A DNA stretch of 64,000 nt from Planctomycetota bacterium (GTDB lineage Bacteria > Planctomycetota > JAJSAM01 > JAJVHW01). The DNA lies in the NCBI GenBank assembly GCA_965248445.1, contig CBDFJG010000002.1:576001-640000 (forward strand). Reading direction: 5' to 3'. Of the stretch, positions 1 to 8,511 are shown piece after piece. The stretch's first letter is position 1. Each line of letters begins with the position of its first letter. Made by a program: the position numbers and the translations under genes. The notes beneath the pieces were generated by a model. The model had not been told where the DNA came from, ran no database searches, and saw only the letters and a list, made by a program, of their open reading frames with translations.

Positions 1-1
1 G

Positions 2-370
2 GTGACGGGCGCCGCGGTGCCGGAGGATGGCCGGAGCAGCTACCAGGTCGAGCCGGGCAACGTCCGGATGGCACTGCGCGCGACGGACGTCGCGGAAGCT
101 GAGGGCGCGGACGGCGTGGTGGTCAAGCCCGCCGCGGTGTATCTCGACGTCGTGAGCGCGGTGCGGGACCGCACGGAACTGCCCGTGGTTGCGTTCCACG
201 CGAGCGGCGAGTACGCGATGCTCCGTGCGGCCGCGGCTCGCGGCGTAGTCGACGGCAACGCGGCGCTCCACGAGAGCGTGGTGGGGATGCGCCGGGCGGG
301 GGCGGACATCGTGGTCACCTACGGTGCGCTCGACCTGGCCAAGGGGATCGACGGAGGCGCCGGCACGTGA
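2..370 (+). CDS. hemB: Delta-aminolevulinic acid dehydratase (porphobilinogen synthase), C-terminal part; 5' end outside window
   Basis: Motifs SYQVEPGN, EGADGVVVKPA (Schiff-base Lys), SGEYAML, RRAGADIVVTY. Confidence 0.9.
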   Translation: MTGAAVPEDGRSSYQVEPGNVRMALRATDVAEAEGADGVVVKPAAVYLDVVSAVRDRTELPVVAFHASGEYAMLRAAAARGVVDGNAALHESVVGMRRAGADIVVTYGALDLAKGIDGGAGT

Positions 371-927
371 GCGCACGGCACGCGGTCGTCCTCGGCGCGA
401 CGGGAATGCTGCGTGCGGCCACGCTTGGTCTGGTCGAGCGGGGTTTCAACGTCACGGCGGTGGCGCGCAACCAGAAGCGCCTGTCCCGTCTCGAGGACGA
501 CGGCGACGGGAAGATCCGGGCGGTCGCGCTCGACTATCGCGACGGCGACCAACTCGCGGGGGCACTGTCCGAGGCTGAGGAGGAGCGCGGGGACGTTGCA
601 CTCATCATCGCGTGGATCCACTCCGTCGCGCCGGACGCACCGCTGTTGGTCGCGCGCACTCTCGCGACGGGCCACAAGCTCCGCTACGCGCACGTGCTCG
701 GGAGTGCTGCTGCGGACCCGGCGATCGAGGACGACCGCCGCCGCCGGTCCTTCGACGCGGTGCACGGCGTCGCGTACCAGGAGGTGATCCTGGGGTTCGT
801 CCGCGAGGCCAAGGGGTCACGCTGGCTCACGAACGAGGAGATCTCGGCCGGCGTGTTGCACGCTGTCGACTCGCACGCATCCCGCTCGATCGTCGGCACG
901 GTACGTCCGTGGGACGCGCGGCCGTGA
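367..927 (+). CDS. Short-chain dehydrogenase-like Rossmann-fold protein
   Basis: N-terminal VVLGATGMLR nucleotide-binding motif; GTGA overlap with hemB stop; C-terminal SRWLTNEEISAGV...GTVRPW. Confidence 0.7.
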   Translation: MSARHAVVLGATGMLRAATLGLVERGFNVTAVARNQKRLSRLEDDGDGKIRAVALDYRDGDQLAGALSEAEEERGDVALIIAWIHSVAPDAPLLVARTLATGHKLRYAHVLGSAAADPAIEDDRRRRSFDAVHGVAYQEVILGFVREAKGSRWLTNEEISAGVLHAVDSHASRSIVGTVRPWDARP

Positions 928-929
928 GT

Positions 930-1097
930 CACGAGGATCGCGCGGCGATCCTCCCGCCTCACCCTGTCTCCGTCCTCCGCGTCCTCCGGCCGCTACGGAC
1001 GGCTGCGGTCACGCCGCTTGCGTCGCAACCGTCGCGCCCTCGCGATTCACAACTTCGCAGTGCGCCCATGTTGGGGTGGGTTCCCACCCCCGCCCGC
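930..1097. repeat. Composite structured intergenic repeat (copy A) ending in a degenerate GTAG-type REP
   Basis: Aligns by eye with 43986-44163; several hairpins; lies between convergent genes. Confidence 0.8.
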
Positions 1098-1111
1098 TGG
1101 AACGCGTAGGG

Positions 1112-2767
1112 CTAGAAGAACAGCCCCTTCCGGACGCGGATCCGCACGCTCGTCGATCGCTGCTTGTCGCCGTCGGTGACGGTGAACTTCACGACGACCG
1201 CGCCGCAGTCCTCGTCGGTCGGAGTCCAGCGGGGTGTGCGGCTGGCCGTGTCGAACGTGGCGCCTGCCGTGAACGGGTAAGTGGCGAGCTTGACGGTGAC
1301 AGTCAGCGGATCGCCGTCCTTGTCCGCCACCAGGACGGGCAGGGCGAACTCCTCGCCGACGACGGCCAACGCGTTGCCGAACGAGGCGATCAACGGTCGG
1401 GTGTTCTTACCGGCATCGAGATCCCGCTCCTTCACTCGAATCCGGTAGGCGACGTTGCGGACGTTGGTGCCGTCGGACACACGGAAGAGGAACCGGTGAT
1501 TGCCGGCCGGACCGGCAGTGGTCCAGACGAGTGTTCCGAGCGCCGCGTCGAACGTTGCTCCTGGCGGCAGTTGGTCCGGTGTGAAGACGAGGTCCGCGGC
1601 ACACGTGTCGAGGTCGCGCACCACGATCGGGAGGCGCAGCGTCCCGCCCTCGACGACCTTGGCGCGGATGACGGTCGCCGTCGGCCTCTTCGTCCTGGGT
1701 CCGTTCAACAGCGGGCTGAACCGCGAGACCACCATCGACCCGTGCCGCGCGGCCGGTAGCTGGCAGAGCGGATCCGGGTTGCCGTCCCGGTAGACCCGGC
1801 CGTCCGTGCGGAGCGCGAACCATGCGTCGAACAGGACGTCGATGTCGGTGTAAGTCCTCGCGGGGGCGTTCGCGTTCCCGGGGAGGTCCACGAAGGGCAG
1901 CGACGTGTCGTCCGAGGTGAAGACCCGGCCGTCTCCCGCCAGCGCGTACCACGTCCCGTCCGGCGAGAACTCGAGGTCGAAGTAGATCTGGCCGAAGTCA
2001 ACATCCGCGCTCGGGACGAAGGGCAGCTCGGTGACGCGCTCACCGAACAGTGGGCCGTCGAGCAGGAGTCCGCGCGCGACGACGCCGTCGGCGCGCAGCG
2101 CATAGATGTACTGCCGCGTGGCGTCCAGGGCCGCGGCAACCCACGTGGTCCGCACGGTCGCGCCGTCCGCTCCGGCGCGGAACGCGAAGTACGGTTGTTC
2201 GTCGCCGCTCCGGAACACGGTGCCGTCGGAGCGAAGGCAGTACACGTCGAGGCCGTCGCTCACGATGCGACGGAAGTGGTGCGCCCCGGCCGGATGCGCG
2301 GCGATCACGACGCCGTCCCTTGCGACCGTTCCGTCGGCGCGCAACGCGTACGTGAGCCCGAACGGCACGATCAGGTCGAGCCACGGGCTATCCGTCGACG
2401 GCAGGTTGAACAACAGCTCGTCGTTCCGGTTGATGCGGCCGTCGCGGCGCAGCGCGAAGCGGTCGCCGGAGATCTCCGCGATGGCCGACCAGATGTCCCG
2501 CGGGTTCTCCACCACGACGTCGATGAACGGGTCGGCATACGGCCCTGCCGGCACGACCGTCAGGACCGCGTTCGTGCGGATGTCGGCGGTCGGGAGGAAT
2601 CGGCCGCGGTACTTCTCGATCATCGTGCCGTCGACGCTCACGCGCCCGTCGAGGGAGAGGCCGTGGATGTAGAAGTCCTGCGCCTGCCGCGTTCCGGCGA
2701 GACCCGCCGGCGCGACGCACAATGCGGCGATGGCGAGCAGCGTCGCCGTCCGGATGAAGGACGCCAT
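1112..2767 (-). CDS. Secreted protein with probable beta-propeller repeats and two C-terminal He_PIG/cadherin-like Ig domains
   Basis: Signal peptide MASFIRTATLLAIAALCVAPAGLA after AGGAG RBS; about 7 [YF]ALRxDGx[VI]-like repeats; LPPGATFDAALGTLVWT and GATFDTASRTPRWTP...FTVTDG. Confidence 0.7.
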   Translation of the reverse strand: MASFIRTATLLAIAALCVAPAGLAGTRQAQDFYIHGLSLDGRVSVDGTMIEKYRGRFLPTADIRTNAVLTVVPAGPYADPFIDVVVENPRDIWSAIAEISGDRFALRRDGRINRNDELLFNLPSTDSPWLDLIVPFGLTYALRADGTVARDGVVIAAHPAGAHHFRRIVSDGLDVYCLRSDGTVFRSGDEQPYFAFRAGADGATVRTTWVAAALDATRQYIYALRADGVVARGLLLDGPLFGERVTELPFVPSADVDFGQIYFDLEFSPDGTWYALAGDGRVFTSDDTSLPFVDLPGNANAPARTYTDIDVLFDAWFALRTDGRVYRDGNPDPLCQLPAARHGSMVVSRFSPLLNGPRTKRPTATVIRAKVVEGGTLRLPIVVRDLDTCAADLVFTPDQLPPGATFDAALGTLVWTTAGPAGNHRFLFRVSDGTNVRNVAYRIRVKERDLDAGKNTRPLIASFGNALAVVGEEFALPVLVADKDGDPLTVTVKLATYPFTAGATFDTASRTPRWTPTDEDCGAVVVKFTVTDGDKQRSTSVRIRVRKGLFF

Positions 2768-2865
2768 ATCACGCTCCTGAGCGTCTCTGGGCACTTGAGG
2801 ACGGGACGGGGGGGCGCATCGTAGCACCCGCGCACCTGGAGTCGAGGGCCGCGGGGTGCTGGCGG

Positions 2866-3753
2866 TCACACCGCCGATTGGCGAATGAGCTCCTCGTGCG
2901 TCACGATCGCGTTGACCAGCCCGAGCGAAGGGATGCGCCGCCGCCAAGACTCACGACCCGTGGCGAGGTCCAGTTCCACCAGGTCGCACTCGACGGAGAT
3001 CCGCTCCGCACGAGTGGCCGCCCGCGACACCGCGAACCAGGCCGTGTCGCGGGCGACCGCCAGCCCCTTCGTGAAGTGCCCCTCGTCCGCCCAGAGTGTC
3101 TCGACGCCGCCGTCCTCGAGATCGAGAGCGATGAGCCCGCCGCCGCGGGAGTCGCAGATGAGCATGCGGTCGCGCCAGCGCACGAGGTCGTGACTATGCT
3201 CGCCGACCCGCTCGTATCGGCGCACCTCGTCGCCGCTGACCACGTCGAGGACCGAGAGGAAGCTCGGCCCCTTGTTGTGGCAGAGCGCGTGGAGGAGACC
3301 GTCTTCCACGTGGACGGTGTTGACGTGGTGTTCGTGGGTGAACGGATCGTAGACTCGCGCGAGCGAGAGGTCCGGTAGCGAGTACGCCAAGACACGTCCC
3401 CGGAACGTGTCCGTCACGTAGAGCTGGTCCCCGGCGCGCTGGCTGCCGTGCGTGTCGCGCGATGCGAGAGGGATACGGTTCCGCGACGTTCCGGCCCTGT
3501 GGTCGAGGAGCAGCAGGCGGTCGTCTTCCTCCTGGTTCGGCCGTGAGACAACGTGCACGCGGCCGTCGCGCGCGAAGTCACCCGCCGGCGTCGTCCCGTA
3601 GTACCTACCGCGCCCCTCCTGGACCACGCGGTGCGCAGCGGTGGCGGGGAAGTACCAGAGCAGGCGCCGGAACGTGGCCACGAGCAGACGGGGCCCGTCG
3701 GCAGCGAGCCCGGCGTCGTCGGTGCGACGGCGAAACGGCCAGAACAACCTCAT
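2866..3753 (-). CDS. Beta-propeller protein (NHL/YVTN/DUF4915-like)
   Basis: Repeated blades LYVTDT, HHVNTV, HSHDL...ICDS, HFTKGLAV. Confidence 0.6.
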   Translation of the reverse strand: MRLFWPFRRRTDDAGLAADGPRLLVATFRRLLWYFPATAAHRVVQEGRGRYYGTTPAGDFARDGRVHVVSRPNQEEDDRLLLLDHRAGTSRNRIPLASRDTHGSQRAGDQLYVTDTFRGRVLAYSLPDLSLARVYDPFTHEHHVNTVHVEDGLLHALCHNKGPSFLSVLDVVSGDEVRRYERVGEHSHDLVRWRDRMLICDSRGGGLIALDLEDGGVETLWADEGHFTKGLAVARDTAWFAVSRAATRAERISVECDLVELDLATGRESWRRRIPSLGLVNAIVTHEELIRQSAV

Positions 3754-3849
3754 GGAGCCGCGACTCTATTCATCGTTGCCGACTCACGGAACAACCGCGT
3801 TCGTCGCTTCGGTGTGCTGCCGGTCGCGCTCGAGCGGTAGCCTCATGAC

Positions 3850-4932
3850 GTGCGGATCGGCTTCTTCTCTTTCTGGTTCAACCGCGGCCAGGCGTGCGTA
3901 ACGAAAGAGATCCGCGGCGTCTACCGCGACGCCGGCCACGAGACGTTCGTGCTGGCCCGGCCGGACAAGCTCCAGGGGCGCGTCCGCGACGACGACGTCT
4001 GGGCGGAGCCGGGGGTCGAGAAGGCCAGCGCATGGGATGTGCCTGCTGACGAGCTGATCGAGTGGGCCCGGCGGCACGAGCTGGACGTCTGCTTCTTCTT
4101 CCAGAACGACCGCTTCGAGACGATTCGGGCAGTCCGTGCGGCCGGAATCACGACTGTTGGCGCCTACATGTGGGAGTACTTCGCTCCCGAGCACGTGGTG
4201 CCGTCCCGCGACGCGTATGACCTGCTCTACGCGTTCAACGACTGCGACGTGCGTCGTTACGCTTCGCTGGGCCTGATCGTGCCGCGCGTGCGGTGGGGCG
4301 TGTGGCCGCGGCTACTCGGTCGCGAGGTCCCCGAGCGCGGCGCTGACGAGCCCGTCACGTTCTACTACCCGGCTGGCTACCTGGAGAAGCGGCGCGCGAT
4401 CGAGCCCACGGTCCGTGCGTTCGTGAAGGCCCGCGCACCGAACTCACGCTTGCTGGTGAAGAGCGTCAAGCCAGTGCCCGAGGAGCGGCGCGTCACGCAT
4501 CCGAACGTCATCTACCGTTCCGACAACCTAGATCGCGACGAGTACCTCGAACTGCTCCGCTCGTGCGACGTCTGCCTCTCGAACACGCGCTGGGAGGGCC
4601 TCGGTCTGGTGATCTACGAGGCGATCGCAATGGGGCAACCGGTTATCTCGCCTGACGCACCACCGATGAGTGAGAACGTGCTGGACGGCGTGACCGGCGT
4701 GCTCGTTCCGACGAAGGAGCGCGGGACCGCCCCGTCGGGCATCCCCGCCGTGGAATGCAACGGACGGGCGCTCGCCGCAGCCATACGGCGAGTTGCGGAC
4801 CGTTCCGAGTGGCGGCGCATGCGGCGGCATCAACTCGCGCTGCGCGATAGTCAGTTCGAGTGGAGCCGAACCCGTGACGACCTGCTGCGACTGCTCCAGC
4901 GCATCCGAGACGTGAGAGAGAGTCGCGCGTGA
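3850..4932 (+). CDS. Glycosyltransferase family 4 (GT-B)
   Basis: WEGLGLVIYEAIAMGQPVISPDAPPMSE (EX7E) motif. Confidence 0.88.
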   Translation: MRIGFFSFWFNRGQACVTKEIRGVYRDAGHETFVLARPDKLQGRVRDDDVWAEPGVEKASAWDVPADELIEWARRHELDVCFFFQNDRFETIRAVRAAGITTVGAYMWEYFAPEHVVPSRDAYDLLYAFNDCDVRRYASLGLIVPRVRWGVWPRLLGREVPERGADEPVTFYYPAGYLEKRRAIEPTVRAFVKARAPNSRLLVKSVKPVPEERRVTHPNVIYRSDNLDRDEYLELLRSCDVCLSNTRWEGLGLVIYEAIAMGQPVISPDAPPMSENVLDGVTGVLVPTKERGTAPSGIPAVECNGRALAAAIRRVADRSEWRRMRRHQLALRDSQFEWSRTRDDLLRLLQRIRDVRESRA

Positions 4933-4999
4933 TCGGGCTCGAGAGGTACTCCAAGGAGAAGCAGGGCCACGGAGTGGGGCCGATGGAACTCGACAGCGC

Positions 5000-5854
5000 G
5001 TGATGCGGCGCCGTTCGTTCGCAGGCCTGCGCGGGCGGTCTCGCTGGGACCTCTTGCGACTTTACGCGCAGAGCGCCGTTCGCGGCGTGACTGGTCGCGC
5101 TCGCTTTCGCGACGTCCGTGCGTTCCTGCTCTTCATCGGCTACCCGCGCAGCGGCCACAGCGTGGTCGGGTCGCTGCTCGACGCGCACCCCGACGCCGTC
5201 GTGGCGCACGAGCTCGACGCGCTGGGCTTCATGGAGCGGGGCTTTGTGCGCGCCCAGCTCTTCGACCTGATCGTCGCAAACGCGCAGGAGTTCACGCAGC
5301 GCGGACGCGAGTGGACCGGCTACCAGTACGCGGTCCCCGGCCAATGGCAGGGCCGCAGTCGGGCGATCCAGGTGATCGGCGACAAAAAGGGATGCCGAAC
5401 CACCCGGCGGATCATGCACGACCCACGCCTGCTCGACGACCTGCGCGAGCTCGTGCGGGTACCGCTCCGCATCGTGCATGTGGTCCGCAACCCGTTCGAC
5501 ATCATCGCGACGCGCCACCGCAAGAAGCCGCATCAGCCCTTCGGCAAGATGGTCGACCTGCACTTCAAGCTGTGTGAAGGCGTGCGGACGATTCGCGACC
5601 TCGCGCGACCCGGCGAACTGCTCGACGTCCGCCACGAGAACCTGATCGCCGACCCTGCCGGGACGCTGACGGACGTGCTCGCGTTCCTGGACCTGGTCCC
5701 CGAGCCGGACTACGTCCAGGCCGCCGCCGGCGTCGTGTTCCCCGCCCCGAACCGCGCCCGCGACCGCATCGAGTGGGACGCCGCGCATGTCGCCGACATC
5801 GCGCGCCGGACCGCGGAGTACGAGTTCCTCTCAGGCTACGTGTTCGACGAATAG
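5000..5854 (+). CDS. Sulfotransferase family protein
   Basis: PAPS-binding loop IGYPRSGHS; IGDKK; HVVRNPFD; VRHENLIADP. Confidence 0.85.
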   Translation: MMRRRSFAGLRGRSRWDLLRLYAQSAVRGVTGRARFRDVRAFLLFIGYPRSGHSVVGSLLDAHPDAVVAHELDALGFMERGFVRAQLFDLIVANAQEFTQRGREWTGYQYAVPGQWQGRSRAIQVIGDKKGCRTTRRIMHDPRLLDDLRELVRVPLRIVHVVRNPFDIIATRHRKKPHQPFGKMVDLHFKLCEGVRTIRDLARPGELLDVRHENLIADPAGTLTDVLAFLDLVPEPDYVQAAAGVVFPAPNRARDRIEWDAAHVADIARRTAEYEFLSGYVFDE

Positions 5855-5903
5855 GTGAGCGAGGGTGTGCCGGTCCTGCCGGAGCCGGCGATGACAACGA
5901 CCT

Positions 5904-6551
5904 TCAACCGAGCGCCCTCGTGAGCAGCGCCGCGAAGTCTCGCTTGAACGGGCTGAGCGGACTTGGATGGGGGAGGCAATGGAGCGTGGCGTGCTTCCCG
6001 CGGATGGTCACGTCGAGCGTTCGGTCGAAGCGTTGTTCGCGATCGGCCCACGCATCTGCGACCTCGCCCGGCGCCGCGTACGGCGCGAACCACAGGAACG
6101 CATGCTGTCCGAGCGCAAGCAGTTGGTCGCCGGTCCAGTGCTCGGCGAGCAGGCGCTCGACGAACGGACGGAAGCGCTCCTTCGTGGCGCGACCGTATGC
6201 GCGGTTGCCGACCGGGCGGTACGGGACGGTGTTCGTGATGAGCACGTGCTCCAGCACGGCCTCGAACCGCCGCTCGCTCTTGGGCGCCGCGCCGATGCGG
6301 GCCTCGTGGACCGCGCGCCGGAAGCGGCGGCCCGACATCCCGATGAGCGGCTCGCCGAGGAGCACTTCATCCTTCCCGAGCTCGCGCGCGACGGCGCAGT
6401 ACGGCGCGTCGAGGTTCCCGGCGCACAGGATCGGCTCGTGCGGATCGCGACGCGCTGCGGTGTACGTGTCGCGACAGATATCGAAGGGCGCGCGTCGGGC
6501 CTCGTCCGCGACCGCTCCGAGCAGGCCGCGCAGTGTGTCAGAAGCGCGCAT
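5904..6551 (-). CDS. Uracil-DNA glycosylase superfamily protein
   Basis: Motif-A-like ARELGKDEV..GEPLIGMSG, ITNTVPYRPVGN, motif B LPHPSPL. Confidence 0.8.
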   Translation of the reverse strand: MRASDTLRGLLGAVADEARRAPFDICRDTYTAARRDPHEPILCAGNLDAPYCAVARELGKDEVLLGEPLIGMSGRRFRRAVHEARIGAAPKSERRFEAVLEHVLITNTVPYRPVGNRAYGRATKERFRPFVERLLAEHWTGDQLLALGQHAFLWFAPYAAPGEVADAWADREQRFDRTLDVTIRGKHATLHCLPHPSPLSPFKRDFAALLTRALG

Positions 6552-7182
6552 AGCGGGCCGCGGCGTCGCCGTTGCTGAGCGTCTTCTGGTCCATGCCCTG
6601 GATGCCGCCGTCGGGGTAGACCACCTCCACGAGGCGCACCAGGCGCCACGGCGAGCTGTGCGAGAGAACGGCGTGTCTGATCGGCGGGATCAGGACCACG
6701 AGCTGCACCTCGTACCCGCCGCCGTACGGCAGCGGCTCGGGATCGAAGGGGATCTTCCAGGCGTGCGCGTCCGACGGTCCGTAGGTGCCGCTTCCGCCGG
6801 GATCATCGCCAGGGAGCACGGGGTCGCCGGGTACCGGCGTTCCGGAGATGCCCAGCAACTGAGCCAGCTCCGCGTACTTCTGTGCGGCGCGCGCCGACGA
6901 CGTTGGCGGGACCACGTGGTCGGACAGCTGTCCGATGCTCGCCGGAGCCACCTCGCCGTCTGGTGTTGCGAGGGCGCGCCGGATCTCACGGTTCAGGCCG
7001 GAGCCGCGCGCCCAGGTTGCGATCACCACGTCGCTGCGGAGCGCCGGGTGCGGTGCGGTGCCGGACTTGGTCCAGCCGTCGTCGAACAGGCCGCCGAGGC
7101 CCCGTCCCGGCGGACCGTCGGAGCTGCACGCCGCGAGCGGCAAGACGGCGGCCAGCAGGGCGAGGAGTAGCAGGGATCGCAT
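6538..7182 (-). CDS. Hypothetical lipoprotein
   Basis: Hydrophobic signal with lipobox LAAC; overlaps start of UDG-like gene. Confidence 0.6.
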   Translation of the reverse strand: MRSLLLLALLAAVLPLAACSSDGPPGRGLGGLFDDGWTKSGTAPHPALRSDVVIATWARGSGLNREIRRALATPDGEVAPASIGQLSDHVVPPTSSARAAQKYAELAQLLGISGTPVPGDPVLPGDDPGGSGTYGPSDAHAWKIPFDPEPLPYGGGYEVQLVVLIPPIRHAVLSHSSPWRLVRLVEVVYPDGGIQGMDQKTLSNGDAAARYARF

Positions 7183-7253
7183 TTCGTCAGCCTCTCAGAC
7201 GCCCCGCGATGTCGCCACCTTCGCCGTTTCCCATCCGCCGGTCCTCCCGGACA

Positions 7254-7838
7254 ATGGCGTTCGTGAAGCCTCCCCGCAAACCCGCCCGCTGGACCTGGCG
7301 GCTGCCGATCGAGGCGGTGTGGGGCCTCACGATCGTCGTGCTTCTGGCCACCGGGACGGTGCTGAAGCGTGACGAACGCTGCCGCGTCTGCGCGCACGAG
7401 CGCCACCTGCGGCGCGTCAGCTTGTCGATCCCCGGGAAGTTCGACGTTCCGTTCGCCTGGTGGCACGCCGAGGCGGCGGTGACCCACCTGCAGCGCGAGG
7501 TCTTCGGCGCGGAACACCGGCACCAGTACGCGGTCTCCGGTGCGTGGTCTCGCCGCTCCCTGTGGAGCGGCGAGACGGGAAGGGAGTGGAATGGCGACGG
7601 GTTGATCGCGCACTACTTCGAGAACGACCCCGAGTTCCGTGCGTTCGTGCTGGACCAACTCGCGCGCGGCGGGCTGACGCCCCAGCGGCTCACGGAACTC
7701 GTGTGGCACGATAAAGCGCTTTGCGCGACGCGCTCCGAGAACTGGCACTGGCGCTACGGAAGGGGCCAGCACGAGTTGATCGAGGCGCACTTCGGCGAGA
7801 GTTTCAACTACGGCGACCACGTGGGGCTCTGGTGGTGA
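7254..7838 (+). CDS. Hypothetical membrane-anchored protein with CxxC and HxH (paralog 1)
   Basis: PPRKPARWTWRLP, TM segment, CRVC, HRH; similar N-terminus to next gene. Confidence 0.65.
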   Translation: MAFVKPPRKPARWTWRLPIEAVWGLTIVVLLATGTVLKRDERCRVCAHERHLRRVSLSIPGKFDVPFAWWHAEAAVTHLQREVFGAEHRHQYAVSGAWSRRSLWSGETGREWNGDGLIAHYFENDPEFRAFVLDQLARGGLTPQRLTELVWHDKALCATRSENWHWRYGRGQHELIEAHFGESFNYGDHVGLWW

Positions 7839-7861
7839 CGGGCGCAGACTACGATGCAGGC

Positions 7862-8497
7862 GTGACCCCCGCGCCGGTACCTCCCCGCAAACCCGCCCTC
7901 TGGACCTGGCGGCTGCCGCTTCGCGTGTGGGCGGTGCTCGGACTCGTGGTGCTGGCCGGCTGCGGGTGGTACCTGCGCTACGAGTCTTCGAGCGGAGGCG
8001 AGTGCGGCGTCTGCCTGCGGTGGTGCTCGTCCAAGGAGTACGGTCTGGACCTGTTCGGGAAGGACCAGGTGGCGCTCTTCGAGACGGTCGATTGGGGCGC
8101 CGAATCCGTCATCTCGGCGAACCTGTTCCCTGCCGGTCACGAACACGATCCCCAGTACTTTTCCAGCAACTACACGAGCCGCTTCTCGGAGATCATCGGC
8201 TGCGGCTACCCGATCATGGCGCCCCTGGCCGAGCGCTTCACCGAGGACCTGGACTTCCGTGAGCGCGTCGTGGGCGCAGTGGAGAAGAAGCAGTTCTCGG
8301 CGGAGCGCGCGGCGCGAGTCCTGGCGGTCTCGGAGGACTTCCCGTACCCGGCGGACAAGGCGGTGATGCGCGACGCGCTCGAACTGCTGCGCGCGTGCTA
8401 CGGGGATGACTGGGACGACGTCGAGGTCGAGGGCCCAGCGTCCTGGGTGCTCGAGGACGCGGAATTCCTGCTCGACCCGGAGTGGATGGACGAATAG
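7862..8497 (+). CDS. Hypothetical membrane-anchored protein with CxxC and HxH (paralog 2); start may be GTG 7835
   Basis: PPRKPALWTWRLP, TM segment, CGVC, HEH. Confidence 0.65.
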   Translation: MTPAPVPPRKPALWTWRLPLRVWAVLGLVVLAGCGWYLRYESSSGGECGVCLRWCSSKEYGLDLFGKDQVALFETVDWGAESVISANLFPAGHEHDPQYFSSNYTSRFSEIIGCGYPIMAPLAERFTEDLDFRERVVGAVEKKQFSAERAARVLAVSEDFPYPADKAVMRDALELLRACYGDDWDDVEVEGPASWVLEDAEFLLDPEWMDE

Positions 8498-8511
8498 CGG
8501 CACGCGCCGGG

